From: Trypanosoma brucei
Taxonomy: Eukaryota
NCBI GenBank assembly: GCA_000002445.1
Contig: CM000208.1
Span: 2,944,001-3,008,000, forward strand
Direction: 5' to 3'
Length of the DNA stretch: 64,000 nt
Shown here: positions 31,701 through 42,171 of the stretch, piece by piece
How the letters are laid out: every line of letters begins with the position of its first letter
How positions within the stretch are numbered: position 1 is the first letter of the stretch
The notes under the pieces: generated by a model
The model's database searches: none
What the model was told of the DNA's origin: nothing
The model's input: only the letters and a program-made list of their open reading frames with translations
Position numbers and translations under genes: made by a program

Positions 31701-34700
31701 CAACAGAACCTCAACAAAACGGAGCTTAGTCAGGGGGCTGCCGCTTTCAGCAGAAAATTCCCGCTTTAGAGACAGTGGGATGACGCCACGGAAAACAGCG
31801 GGAAACTTTTATAGTTATTAAAGCTGGTCCACCTTCGATACAGCATAAAGAACAATTTATAGGGGGTGCACACTGAAAACCCCCGCAGGTTTTTGCTTTC
31901 AAAAAAAAGAGAAAAAAACGGGTTGTCTACGCTTTCGGAAACTATGCGCAGTTCAACCTCGCCTACGGGTAAAAGGATGTGTTGATGGTGGCTGAAAAAG
32001 CGAATGTTGCTGTAACATCTGTTGTTTGCCTGGTGCGCATGAAAACGACCCATAGTGGAAACGGCTGTTTTTCATTCATCGCAGAAAGGAGGGTGTTAAA
32101 TAAAACAGCTGTGAGAGCGTGCGGGAAGATACACTTCAAAACTGCTAATGGATGGGACAAAGAAAAGCTCCGTGCTTTACTGAGGTAATTATTTGTAGCG
32201 CGCCCATTATCGATCCCTGTCCCAATATCATAAGGGGCGCCCGCCAGAAAAAAAGGAAGAAACCGCAGGGTTTTGAGGATACGTATGTGCAGTGTACCGC
32301 CAAGAATCCAACAGCCGCAAGGATGCTCATTCATAGACCCGGAAAACTCCCTATTTAGACGTTTTGCGAGCGCCAAACCGGCAAAATCAAAAGAATAATA
32401 AAGCAGATAAAACGGTAGCGAGGGAGAGATTGACTGCGAGAGGTTAAGGGTGACATTTACCGTCGCTTTAAAATTGCCTCCAAAGATGAGGCAGAGTTTT
32501 CTGAGATGTGGAGGAGATGGGCCACCATACAAGCCCTTGAATAAAACAAACCCACGGAGGACATGAGGTCACTTTTTACGATCACACAGGGCGCTGCAAC
32601 GTACAAGCTCACGGGCGAATGGCATTTGGGACGTCTCGAGGCTGTGCGCAGGAGGAGGCGTAGCTGCAACGACCAGGCCCACAACCATCGGGGACGCACT
32701 ACTAACTCCTTTGAAGGGGTGGAAACCGCAATGGAAGCAGAGGAAAACTATGCCCGCAGCGCGGCAGCGCTTGTAGAGCGCGCAAGAACATTTGATCCGG
32801 TGGACGAAAGCTCTACCACTAGTGAGCTGGAAAAAAAAGTTTCACAGCCAACTGAGCAGCAAAGGCCAGCAAACAGCATGTTGTCAGGGTGTGTGGTTTG
32901 GTGCGCCGCGTTCCTCAGGCATTGACGTTATACCCCATTTTCTATCGCAGCGGCAAATAAGCCGAGCATAGAACCCGAGAAGAACCTGAGATTCATGCAT
33001 GGTTTATTCGGTGATGATATGAACGGTACAGCAATGAGTTCAGGCAATGCAAAACCGAGGGATGCGGTACAGCAAGGAATGGAGCGTGTTGATCAACGGC
33101 CTTCGGAACAATACATTATACGTCTGGGGAAAAGACGGGGCACACGGCACTTGGATTGGGCACTTCGAACCCACCAAGCCTTACAGTGGCGAGAAAACAT
33201 GGCAAACGATGCCAAGACCCAAAAGCCATTGACTCTCATGCTGCAGCCGTTGAAAGAAGTATTGAAGCATGCTTAACAAACGACAAGATTAGGAAGGACA
33301 AGATTACGGACGCTCAATGCCGTAGTGTTAGCTGAACGGTGCTCCACGGAAGAAAGCGTTTACAGCCTTCCACTCTGGACTTATCCACGCAAGGATGAAC
33401 TACGACGTTGCTTTTAAGTGATTTTCAGTCTCCACTTCAAGCGGGGAGAGGGTGGAAAGCATGCAACCCCGGCAACGCATGCGATTGCCGAGATTTCGTA
33501 GCACGCAAAACAAGGTGTGCCCAAATAAACTCGACTGATATTTGTTTGGAAGGCGGCAAACACGAGGGCGACGGAACACCGCCCCATGTCAAACGCTAAA
33601 AGAGGATGCTTTTCAGACATAATAAACCGGCAATATCCTAGAAGTCATCCAATACCTGAATGGCTGAATTCAGTGGAGGGATGGTGCTCCGAAACCGAAA
33701 ATCAGGGTGCACTCCATACTTAAAGCTCCTTGGACGTTGGCTCCGGAAAATAAATTTCCCTTCCGTGGGAGGGTATGAAAGCAAACGCAACAGACGAATG
33801 GAGGAGGGTTCCTGCGCTGCAAAAAATAGGGATATTCAGTAAGAAGGACTGAAAAGTTTCAACAAATGAACTGGTGAGTTTAGGCAGTTAGTCCACTGCA
33901 GAAACGATAATCTTCGGCAACACGGAAAAACACAGAATTAAAGGGATACCGGAAGATGGGCATGCGGCCATCGTGCGGAAGCAGCTCCAATGGAAATGGG
34001 GTTGAATAAAGTACTGGAAACAATGAAAGACCGAGTCGCGCGGAGGATGGAATCCCGAGCCGCGTATGGAAGGGTGATTTTCACAGCCAGTAAAAAGAAT
34101 GAGGTGATTTCTATGCAGCTTATTTTCTCCCACCGTGTTGTTTGGAAAGAGAGTGCAATAGCAGATGAGATTGCAGTGAAAGAAGCAACTGCAGAAAGAC
34201 ACACCTAATATATAAAGTTGATACATTGGTGGGAAAAATAATGCAGAAGCACAAAGAGGAATACGCTACATTCGAAATTGGATTAGGGCGAAACGCGCAT
34301 CGAAGCGATCTTCTCGCCCGTATTCTGCCGGTACCCATGACGGCTCAACTCACTAAAGTGGAGAAAATCATCTTTTCATCATTCCGTGCCTACACACCCC
34401 TAAGCATCTTCGGTGATACCGAAGGAGGATCACCCATAATAAGCGCGGTCGTGAGTGCAAAGCCGCGGCAATCAACAGGAAGAGGCGGGAGGAAGACACC
34501 CTCCCCCCCAAATATATTTGAAAGAGTTGGGCACAACGTGGCCACACTTCCCGAACTTGTAGAAGAGAGGGTCTGTAACTCGGACACCTTCTGTGCATGC
34601 ACTAAACCCTTTTAATACAAGGCACGGTGGCACACCACATGGGAAGAACTGAAAAGACGTTTTGAGGTCCCTCGTGAATGCACCCGGCGCCATATACGGT

Positions 34701-34934
34701 GTCTCGTTCGCATAGCAGTCCTCAGAAGCGTGACCGGGGATTGTGTGCAGAGATGGGGGTGAGTGGGCAAAGATTGCAGAATAGAGGGGTAGAAAAAAAA
34801 ATCGAAGCAGGCGATAAGGATTCATCACTTAGAATTTACTGGGTCACGGTTAGACCAAATGTTTACCGACCAAGACTATGATCAAAGCAACATACGACCA
34901 ACAAACACCTGGATAAAACTGCTGGAGCCACGAA

Positions 34935-34970
34935 ACACACACACACACACACACACACACAGAGAGAGAG
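34935..34970. repeat. (AC)13(AG)5 compound microsatellite
   Basis: Seen directly. Confidence 0.9.
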
Positions 34971-35850
34971 GTGCGTGGCTACTAGAGATATAGGCTTGTC
35001 GAAATTAAACTGGCCACCAATGCGGACGCCGGCAGAAGCATGTCGAGGCCCCCCAAGTCCAGCAAATTAATATTCTTGTTCAAGCACCGGATTACCGCTA
35101 GGCGCCGCCAGGGGTTCGAAGAGAAGCGTGCTTGATCTCGACGTTGGTAACTGCAAATTTCAAATGCGTTGCAGAGAATGCAGTTGAAGGGTTGGCACCC
35201 GGTGTCTGGAGGACCATCACCCCCGCCACCAATCTGCGGCGATTGCCCAACTGATCCCGTGCCCCGGCTGCCAACCAATCCCTGCAGCTTCCCTCTCCAC
35301 TTATGATAGTACATTTCGCAACTCACATACGATCGGGTTGTGCGTTCCCTACTTTCAAGGTCCCTACTGCACAGTTTTTTGCGTACAGCTACCAACTGGC
35401 CTGAATAGAGTCTCTGGATATTGACATTGAAATACAAAAACTGCCTACCCTTTATTATGGTAAACTCACCGACCCGTGATATTCGGGCGTCGAACATTCA
35501 CTGCGGAATCAAAAGTCACTTTACCACTAAGCACCACATCCATTGAGCCTTTTTAAAGGGGGGATGCCGACCTCCCCGCGGGTGCAGACGCCCACGGCAC
35601 CGCAATGATCATTTTGTTGACACCAGAGAATAATGTCACTACGTAAAAAGGCAAGGGTGTAGAATGTAGCACGAGTATTAAGCGATAAAAATAATTTCAG
35701 AACCAATTTCCATTCACTTCCCTCCCTTTGTCCGCAACCAAAAAAATTATAGGCAATATATATATTTCTTCATAACTACACATATGTCGCCCCCCTCCCC
35801 CCAAGCAGTGGTCTCTCAGGCACGTGCTCATCGGTTGATCTATTTATCTG

Positions 35851-38652
35851 CTACAACCAGAGTTCGTTCCTATCTGGGTTTAGCGAGTGAGTGAGATCAT
35901 TCAATGTGTGAAGCTGAACCTCACCCTTCTCGAACCCAAATACCACCATACGGCTTTCCGCCTTTGCCTCTGGTGGCGTGTCAAAGCAAGTGCAAATACC
36001 GGCGTTCGTCTGGGAAAGGGATTGCGAAAAAACGGGCAGTTCCCTTTCCCCCTTCGCCAAATCAAGCAAATAAAACATACCACCTGCGTCCAAAACCCAG
36101 TACAGCCACTTGTCCATTAGACTGCAGCGAATTTCAGTAACACGATGAGTGCTAAGGGGAATAGATATCTGTGGACTACCCTCGGTGTGCAGATACACCC
36201 TAACACTGCCATCATCGTACCCGACCATAAGGATTCTGTTATCCACAGGATTGTATTGCACACACGACGGCACAACAATGGGTTGATTAAAAAATCGCGA
36301 GGAGGGCCCGTAAACTGATGGCGCGGCCACACTACCGAAACGGCTAATGTGACGCACCCCCTCGGCGCACGCCACGACGTAATGAGACGGATCGGACGGC
36401 ACAAAATCAATGGCAAATGCTTCCTGCGATAGCGATGCTGAGTTTGCACGATCGCTGCCTTTGGACGCCGCCAATAGCAGTCGAACGGTGGAGAACATGT
36501 TCAATCCATTTTCATTATCAATGATGGCGCCCTTCGCCTGATCCTTTTCATTCACGACCCAAAAGTGTGTCTCACCGAAGGCATCGAGTGAAACTAGTTG
36601 TTCAGCTTCATCTTTCCGTATGCCCGTTGCTGTGTTGTACCCTGCAACAGTAACCGAAACCAACGGTGCCAAGTGATTACCTGCTTGCCACGATGTTGAG
36701 AAGGAGGGAAGACGGAATCTATGTCCTTCATAACGGCCGGCTGTCGTATGATTTCTCTCCGGCTCGCGGGTGTCCCATAAAAAAACAGAACCGTCTTCAG
36801 ACCCACCATAAATCAAGTAGGGTTTTCGCGGACTTGCGGATATACACGTGATCACTGATGGTGAGACAAGTACCTTCTCTGGTGCAGTGTTGTCATATAT
36901 ACTCCAGAGGAGAATCACTGACATGTAACGATCCATCTCCTTGGAGGGCCCTTCCTCCACACACGATCCATGAAGCGCCACTATATAGGTTGGATTGCAG
37001 GGATTAAAGAGGACCTTGAGCACAGGCCTGTTCCGCGCGGCAGAAAAGCAGAAGGAGACACACGATGACGAGAACTGCGTCTCACTTTTTGCCTTTGTTG
37101 CATCCGAACCCACTCCCTCGTTCTCATCCATAGCAGCGCGGATGATGGGAAAGACGCGGTTCAGAAATCCCGCCAACAGCGCCCCGTCAGCAAACTGCTG
37201 TTGTTGGGTATTTTCTGTCACAGTGCCCCCGTCCGTTCCTCCCTTTCCCGTGGTAAATTGTGCCACGTTATTTGTATGCAACTCTGGGCATAATCCCAGG
37301 TCCCGGGGCACTTCCACCCCGCGGCTTTTTACCCGCACACGCTCCGCTTGCACTCCGACGTCCGTACGATCCTCCTCTGCGGGATTTTGTACGCCTACTT
37401 GTTTACGACCCGACTCCCCAAAGCTTCGGATGTACATGTCATATTGAGATTGCGGCGGCGCATCAACCAGGGCAGCCGCAACATCATCCATATCTACCAA
37501 CCGTCGCAGTGCTGTCGCACGCTGTAAATCTTTGTCAAACTGGGTGACATACCCCTGCCGCTGGAGGTCTTCCGCGGCGAACGCGCTTGTGCCCAGAGGC
37601 CCCGTCGTCGCTTTGGAGTCATTTCCCCGCTTGTTTCGCTTCTCCTCCCGCTCTTTTCTCCGCAGTTCACGGCGTTCAAGTGCTTCTCGTTCTCTCTCTT
37701 CTTCAGCACGGCGTCTCTCATTCTGTTGAGCTGCTTCCTTTGCTTCGTGCGCCGCCTGGCGAATAGCATGATTCTCAGCCGCCATCGCTGCTGCCAGTTC
37801 TTCTGTTTTCTGCCCAGCTACTAGCGCAGTTGTGCGTCCTCGTCTACTTTCCGGTGACACACCTTGCTCATTCCTGGGGGACGCCTGCTTGGCTCCCTTT
37901 TTGTTACTAAGAATATCTTGAAGGTCATCCCCGTCCTCGTCAATGGTCTCCTCCTTTTCCTTTTCCATTTCCTTCTTTCCTTTCTCTTTTTTCTCTTCCT
38001 TTTCCTTGGCCTTGCGCTCAGCACGTTCCTTTTCTTTACGTGCTCGACGTTCTTCCTCTGTCTCGTCACGCTTTGACTTTCGCTCCTTCTCCCCATCATT
38101 CCCAACCTCTTTTTCCTCCTTTTCTTTTTTCTCTTCCTTTTCCTTGGCCTTGCGCTCGGCACGTTCCTTTTCTTTACGTGCTCGACGTTCTTCCTCTGTC
38201 TCGTCACGCTTTGACTTTCGCTCCTTCTCCCCATCATTCCCAACCTCTTTTTCCTCCTTTTCTTTTTTCTCTTCCTTTTCCTTGGCCTTGCGCTCGGCAC
38301 GTTCCTTCTCCTTACGTGCCCGGCGCTCTTCCTCTGTCTCGTCACGCTTTGACTTTCGCTCCTTCTCCCCATCATTCCCAACCTCTTTTTCCTCCTTTTC
38401 TTTTTTCTCTTCCTTTTCCTTGGCCTTGCGCTCGGCACGTTCCTTCTCCTTACGTGCTCGACGTTCTTCCTCTGTCTCGTCACGCTTTGACTTTCGCTCC
38501 TTCTCCCCATCATTCCCAACCTCTTTTTCCTCCTTTTCTTTTTTCTCTTCCTTTTCCTTGGCCTTGCGCTCGGCACGTTCCTTCTCCTTACGTGCCCGGC
38601 GTTCTTCCTCTGTCTCGTCACGTTTCGACTTCGTGGTCGTGTCGTCACCCAT
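35851..38652 (-). CDS. WD40-repeat protein with an N-terminal array of five 46-aa K/E/R-rich tandem repeats, 933 aa
   Basis: The N-terminus is 5 copies of KERKSKRDETEEERRARKEKERAERKAKEKEEKKEKEEKEVGNDGE. The C-terminal half carries WD-like units (GGSEDGSVFLWD, VGYDDGSVRVYL). Confidence 0.8.
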   Translation of the reverse strand: MGDDTTTKSKRDETEEERRARKEKERAERKAKEKEEKKEKEEKEVGNDGEKERKSKRDETEEERRARKEKERAERKAKEKEEKKEKEEKEVGNDGEKERKSKRDETEEERRARKEKERAERKAKEKEEKKEKEEKEVGNDGEKERKSKRDETEEERRARKEKERAERKAKEKEEKKEKEEKEVGNDGEKERKSKRDETEEERRARKEKERAERKAKEKEEKKEKGKKEMEKEKEETIDEDGDDLQDILSNKKGAKQASPRNEQGVSPESRRGRTTALVAGQKTEELAAAMAAENHAIRQAAHEAKEAAQQNERRRAEEEREREALERRELRRKEREEKRNKRGNDSKATTGPLGTSAFAAEDLQRQGYVTQFDKDLQRATALRRLVDMDDVAAALVDAPPQSQYDMYIRSFGESGRKQVGVQNPAEEDRTDVGVQAERVRVKSRGVEVPRDLGLCPELHTNNVAQFTTGKGGTDGGTVTENTQQQQFADGALLAGFLNRVFPIIRAAMDENEGVGSDATKAKSETQFSSSCVSFCFSAARNRPVLKVLFNPCNPTYIVALHGSCVEEGPSKEMDRYMSVILLWSIYDNTAPEKVLVSPSVITCISASPRKPYLIYGGSEDGSVFLWDTREPERNHTTAGRYEGHRFRLPSFSTSWQAGNHLAPLVSVTVAGYNTATGIRKDEAEQLVSLDAFGETHFWVVNEKDQAKGAIIDNENGLNMFSTVRLLLAASKGSDRANSASLSQEAFAIDFVPSDPSHYVVACAEGVRHISRFGSVAAPSVYGPSSRFFNQPIVVPSCVQYNPVDNRILMVGYDDGSVRVYLHTEGSPQISIPLSTHRVTEIRCSLMDKWLYWVLDAGGMFYLLDLAKGERELPVFSQSLSQTNAGICTCFDTPPEAKAESRMVVFGFEKGEVQLHTLNDLTHSLNPDRNELWL
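37950..38640. repeat. 138-bp coding tandem repeat, about 5 copies, near-identical
   Basis: The unit begins TGCTCGACGTTCTTCCTCTGTCTCGTCACGCTTTGACTTTCG... at 38041, 38179, 38317, 38455 and 38593. It generates spurious long ORFs in other frames (37821..38648 -, 37943..38695 +, 38040..38654 +). Confidence 0.9.
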
Positions 38653-38875
38653 AGTTACGTTTTATTTGTCTTCCTTTTTAAGTACCCTTGTGTGAGAATG
38701 CAAATAGGGGAGGGGGAATGATTGTGAGGAAGAAGACAAATAAATGTACACGTGCCCATGTATGCATGAGGTGAAAGTAAAATCCGTAAAAAAGCGCAGC
38801 AAGCAAGCCAAGGGTTACGCCCTTCCCCCGCGGTTATTCACTTTGCACCACACAGCAGTTAAATGATCTCATACG

Positions 38876-40663
38876 CTACGCCACATTATTCCAGCAACTC
38901 GCGATGTGACGTGCACTAACGCCGTGCTGGAAAAGAGCGTAGGAAAGCCATCGGATCTTTTCCCGGTTAGCCTTGTCAATCTCAGAACTGCAACCTGATG
39001 TTGCACTCGCTGCTCGCCTGTTGCCTCCAACCCCTCTTCGCCTACCGCTACCTGTAAGCAAACGTCCTCGATGAAGCACGCTCCGGAGGTGGTGCACAGA
39101 GCCTGGAAAAAATCCCAAAGAGGATAAAAACAACAGCACTTTCATTTCATCACTTGATAGAGTACGACGCGCGGACCCATAAGAGTCGTCTCCCACGCCT
39201 CGTTTAAGGGCATCTACGCCCCAGCAGTCGTAAAGAATCCACGCTAGGACAAGACGCACGTAACCCGAGGCGGATTCGGAACACCTGACGAGAGGACGTG
39301 CTGGACGATCGTTTGGGTTCCAAATTCCATTTCGCCGGTGCACTTTCCTCAGCATACACGATATTAGCGCGCAAAGACTCGCGTTGAACGGAGCAAAAAA
39401 TCGATAGTGGTAATTGACGCTCACATCCGCAAATGACAAATAACTGTCATGCTCCTGCACGACCTCATCCTCACTCGCAGCAGCGGCGAAGGCACCGCGT
39501 ACAGCTTCCCCCATCCGGTTCCATAGCGGTTTATATGGCATTTCGACGGGAGGTAGGCTACAGTAAGGAGAGGTCGTCCTGATGCAGCACAACATGTCTT
39601 CGTCTGGTCGCGTTGACAGTTCACCAAAGACTTCCTCCCATGGGAAAAGACGACCCCGAGCAAGCATATCATGTGTCCAATTGATCTCACTCCCTCCTGC
39701 GTCGGACGGCGTTAATGGGGGGACACCCGACAGCTGGGAGAGGGGGAATCGTGTCTCTTTTAACGCATCAAGCGTGACAGGTAAGGATGGCAGTACCTTC
39801 TGGCGACGCACTGCGACACGATCAGGACCTGCATGAAAAATTGAACCCTGTGTAAACATCTCCCCAACTCCAAACAGTGTGTAAGATACCCAGCGTGGAT
39901 GATACGCTTCTATGACGTAATCACAGTATCGTCGGAACTGCGCCGCCGTCATTTCAAACTTGTGGTCTTCGTGTCTCACGTTGTACGGTAAACCTGGCAA
40001 AGAGTGAGGAGCACCGTTCAACCGCGGTTGAATGCTACCTCCTAACTGACCGGTCACATTACTCTTGGCATTACCAATACCATTTCTATCACGATTGGGT
40101 GTTGTAATGACTACAACCCGCGCACCGCAAGCCGCGGCAAGGTGGGCAAAAAGGACCTCGGTGAAGAGGGGAACATCACTAACATTTATGTGTTCTAACA
40201 CTTCAATGGAGATAACGGCATCATATTGGTGTGATAACTGGGTGCGAGGAACCGCTTCTCCCAGTTGTGTAGCCTCTTTCCCGATTTCCCGTTCCCTTTC
40301 CTTGTCTTCTTCAAACGGAGTGAAGACCGGTGGTTTCGTGAGGTCCCCTTGAACGAACTCAACGTGCATGGGGTGCAGAAGTGCAACGGGGGATGAGAAT
40401 CCTAGTGCTGTTATCGCTTCTTTGGCTTCATGCAACGCCACTTTGTCCAAATCGATCGCGAGCGCGCGACTGAAAGAATGTTCTTGTAACTGGGAGGTCA
40501 GTATATGGCGTAGCAGTCCGCCACTCGAACAACCGGCATCAATGAACGAGCTACACCCATTCTCCCGTAGTAAAGTTTGCACTTTCTGCGCCCGCTGTAC
40601 GTATAATGGCGGGGAAAACGATGGAGTCCACTCGTGGTCACCGCCGTTCCCATATACGGACAT
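38876..40663 (-). CDS. HEN1-like small-RNA 3'-terminal 2'-O-methyltransferase (about 595 aa from the internal Met; ORF extends to 40834)
   Basis: SAM-binding motif I (FIDAGCSSGG). HEN1 metal-binding motifs ISIEVLEHI (compare EVIEHM) and VVITTPNRDRN (compare TPNxExN). The first 57 codons of the ORF are hydrophobic low-complexity and probably untranslated. The start MSVYGNGGDHEW lies at revcomp 40661-40663. Confidence 0.65.
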   Translation of the reverse strand: MSVYGNGGDHEWTPSFSPPLYVQRAQKVQTLLRENGCSSFIDAGCSSGGLLRHILTSQLQEHSFSRALAIDLDKVALHEAKEAITALGFSSPVALLHPMHVEFVQGDLTKPPVFTPFEEDKEREREIGKEATQLGEAVPRTQLSHQYDAVISIEVLEHINVSDVPLFTEVLFAHLAAACGARVVVITTPNRDRNGIGNAKSNVTGQLGGSIQPRLNGAPHSLPGLPYNVRHEDHKFEMTAAQFRRYCDYVIEAYHPRWVSYTLFGVGEMFTQGSIFHAGPDRVAVRRQKVLPSLPVTLDALKETRFPLSQLSGVPPLTPSDAGGSEINWTHDMLARGRLFPWEEVFGELSTRPDEDMLCCIRTTSPYCSLPPVEMPYKPLWNRMGEAVRGAFAAAASEDEVVQEHDSYLSFADVSVNYHYRFFAPFNASLCALISCMLRKVHRRNGIWNPNDRPARPLVRCSESASGYVRLVLAWILYDCWGVDALKRGVGDDSYGSARRTLSSDEMKVLLFLSSLGFFPGSVHHLRSVLHRGRLLTGSGRRRGVGGNRRAASATSGCSSEIDKANREKIRWLSYALFQHGVSARHIASCWNNVA

Positions 40664-42171
40664 TTGAGCGCCTGCATGAAGCGCAGGGGCCGTCAACACG
40701 AACGAGAAGATGATTGAGGAAAGGTGGGGGCGGGAGAACAAAAGTAAATGAGGGCCAACTAAAAAAATATTAATATTGACAGAGAATGCCGCAATAAGTG
40801 AGAGGGAATACAATAATGCATACAGGACGAACAAATAAAGCGAACGGTGCTGTCAGTTAGCAGTGATGGGAGCCCATTCTCACCATCAGCTAGGGAGAAA
40901 TAATGCCGCCCTGGACCGCCGGACGGAGACAAGACTGAACGAAAACAAAAACACATACAAGGGGGCGCTAATGTAAAACGATACACATGCAAAAACCGAA
41001 GGGGAGGAATCCCCCATTAGGATGATTTGGCGTGATGACGGGAGGCGCGTTTGTCCGAAAGACGCACGACCCCCAGAAAAAGAGGGTGAGAAAGAAGACA
41101 ACAACGACAAAATTGAATAGCGTTAAAGCAGAAAGGTGTGTTTTTGTGTTTTTTTTGTGTGCGATGATGGACTAAAGTATTGAAGTGAAAAATTTACAAG
41201 CAGGAGTTTGACCGGCATGCCACATCCCGTCTCATATCCCGTCGGTGTTACTTCACCCCTCGCGTGCTGAACACAAAAACAAAAGCTGTTGGGGTGCACA
41301 ACCAATCACCTTGACAAATATATATATGTATATAAAATATCCAACTAAAGCAACACACCATACAAACTGATAAAAGTGGAAAGATAACATAAATAAGCGT
41401 ATTAATAATTTCATTGCCGCCGAATACGGAAGGTCGATGAGGAAAGGACGGAGTGACGCGAAACGTTGACTGGATTCATTTTTATTCACCACAACTTGAC
41501 CATTCCGGTGGAAAGATCTTAACAAACAGGCAAACTGCTCCATACTCCAAAAGGTCACCCGCCGAGCCCCAATGATGCACCGCGCCATCCCCGCTAAAAC
41601 CCATAAGTGAGCCTCGGCGTCACACGCTCAAGGGAGTTATAAACCAAACAAACATACGCCACCACCCTCACAAAGTTATTTGGAGGCATCAATGAAGCGA
41701 AGACCTGAATTGTTTACCAAGTGCAAACAATCGACATTTCCTTATTCGCCGTGTCCCGCTCACGGCACGCGAGAGGTGGTGAATCTCCGAAAACAAAAAA
41801 AAAACAAAAAAGGAAAAACAAAACAAAAACGTCGCCAAGATCAGTAGCAAAAAACGATGGGTCTCAATCACTCACTGGAAAAGTAGCAGCAAGATAATTT
41901 CAGCAGTTGCACACACAGGAGCGTCCTGACATCCGCATAGACCTACCTTGTACTTTTATTCCCTACCCATGTTTTTTTTTCATCTGTTCTCCCTCCTTTC
42001 CCATGTCAGCAACGATGTTGAACGTAATAGTTTCACCGATGGAGGATCCTTCCCCGACATCAATAGTGATGTGCCACCGCTGTATTGGCATGATGGACGC
42101 GTGCACACACAGACACACACACACACACACACATCATTAGTGATGTAGACACTGCACATCCCCAAAAAGGT

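Noticed and set aside
37950-38640. Regularly spaced direct repeats that could superficially suggest a CRISPR array
   Set aside because: The units are contiguous with no spacers, they are in-frame coding sequence, and the context is eukaryotic (kinetoplastid).
37821-38695. Long ORFs in alternative frames or on the opposite strand across the 138-bp repeat array (37821..38648 -, 37943..38695 +, 38040..38654 +)
   Set aside because: These are artefacts of a perfectly periodic repeat with no stops in several frames. Only the frame continuous with the WD40 C-terminus makes biological sense.
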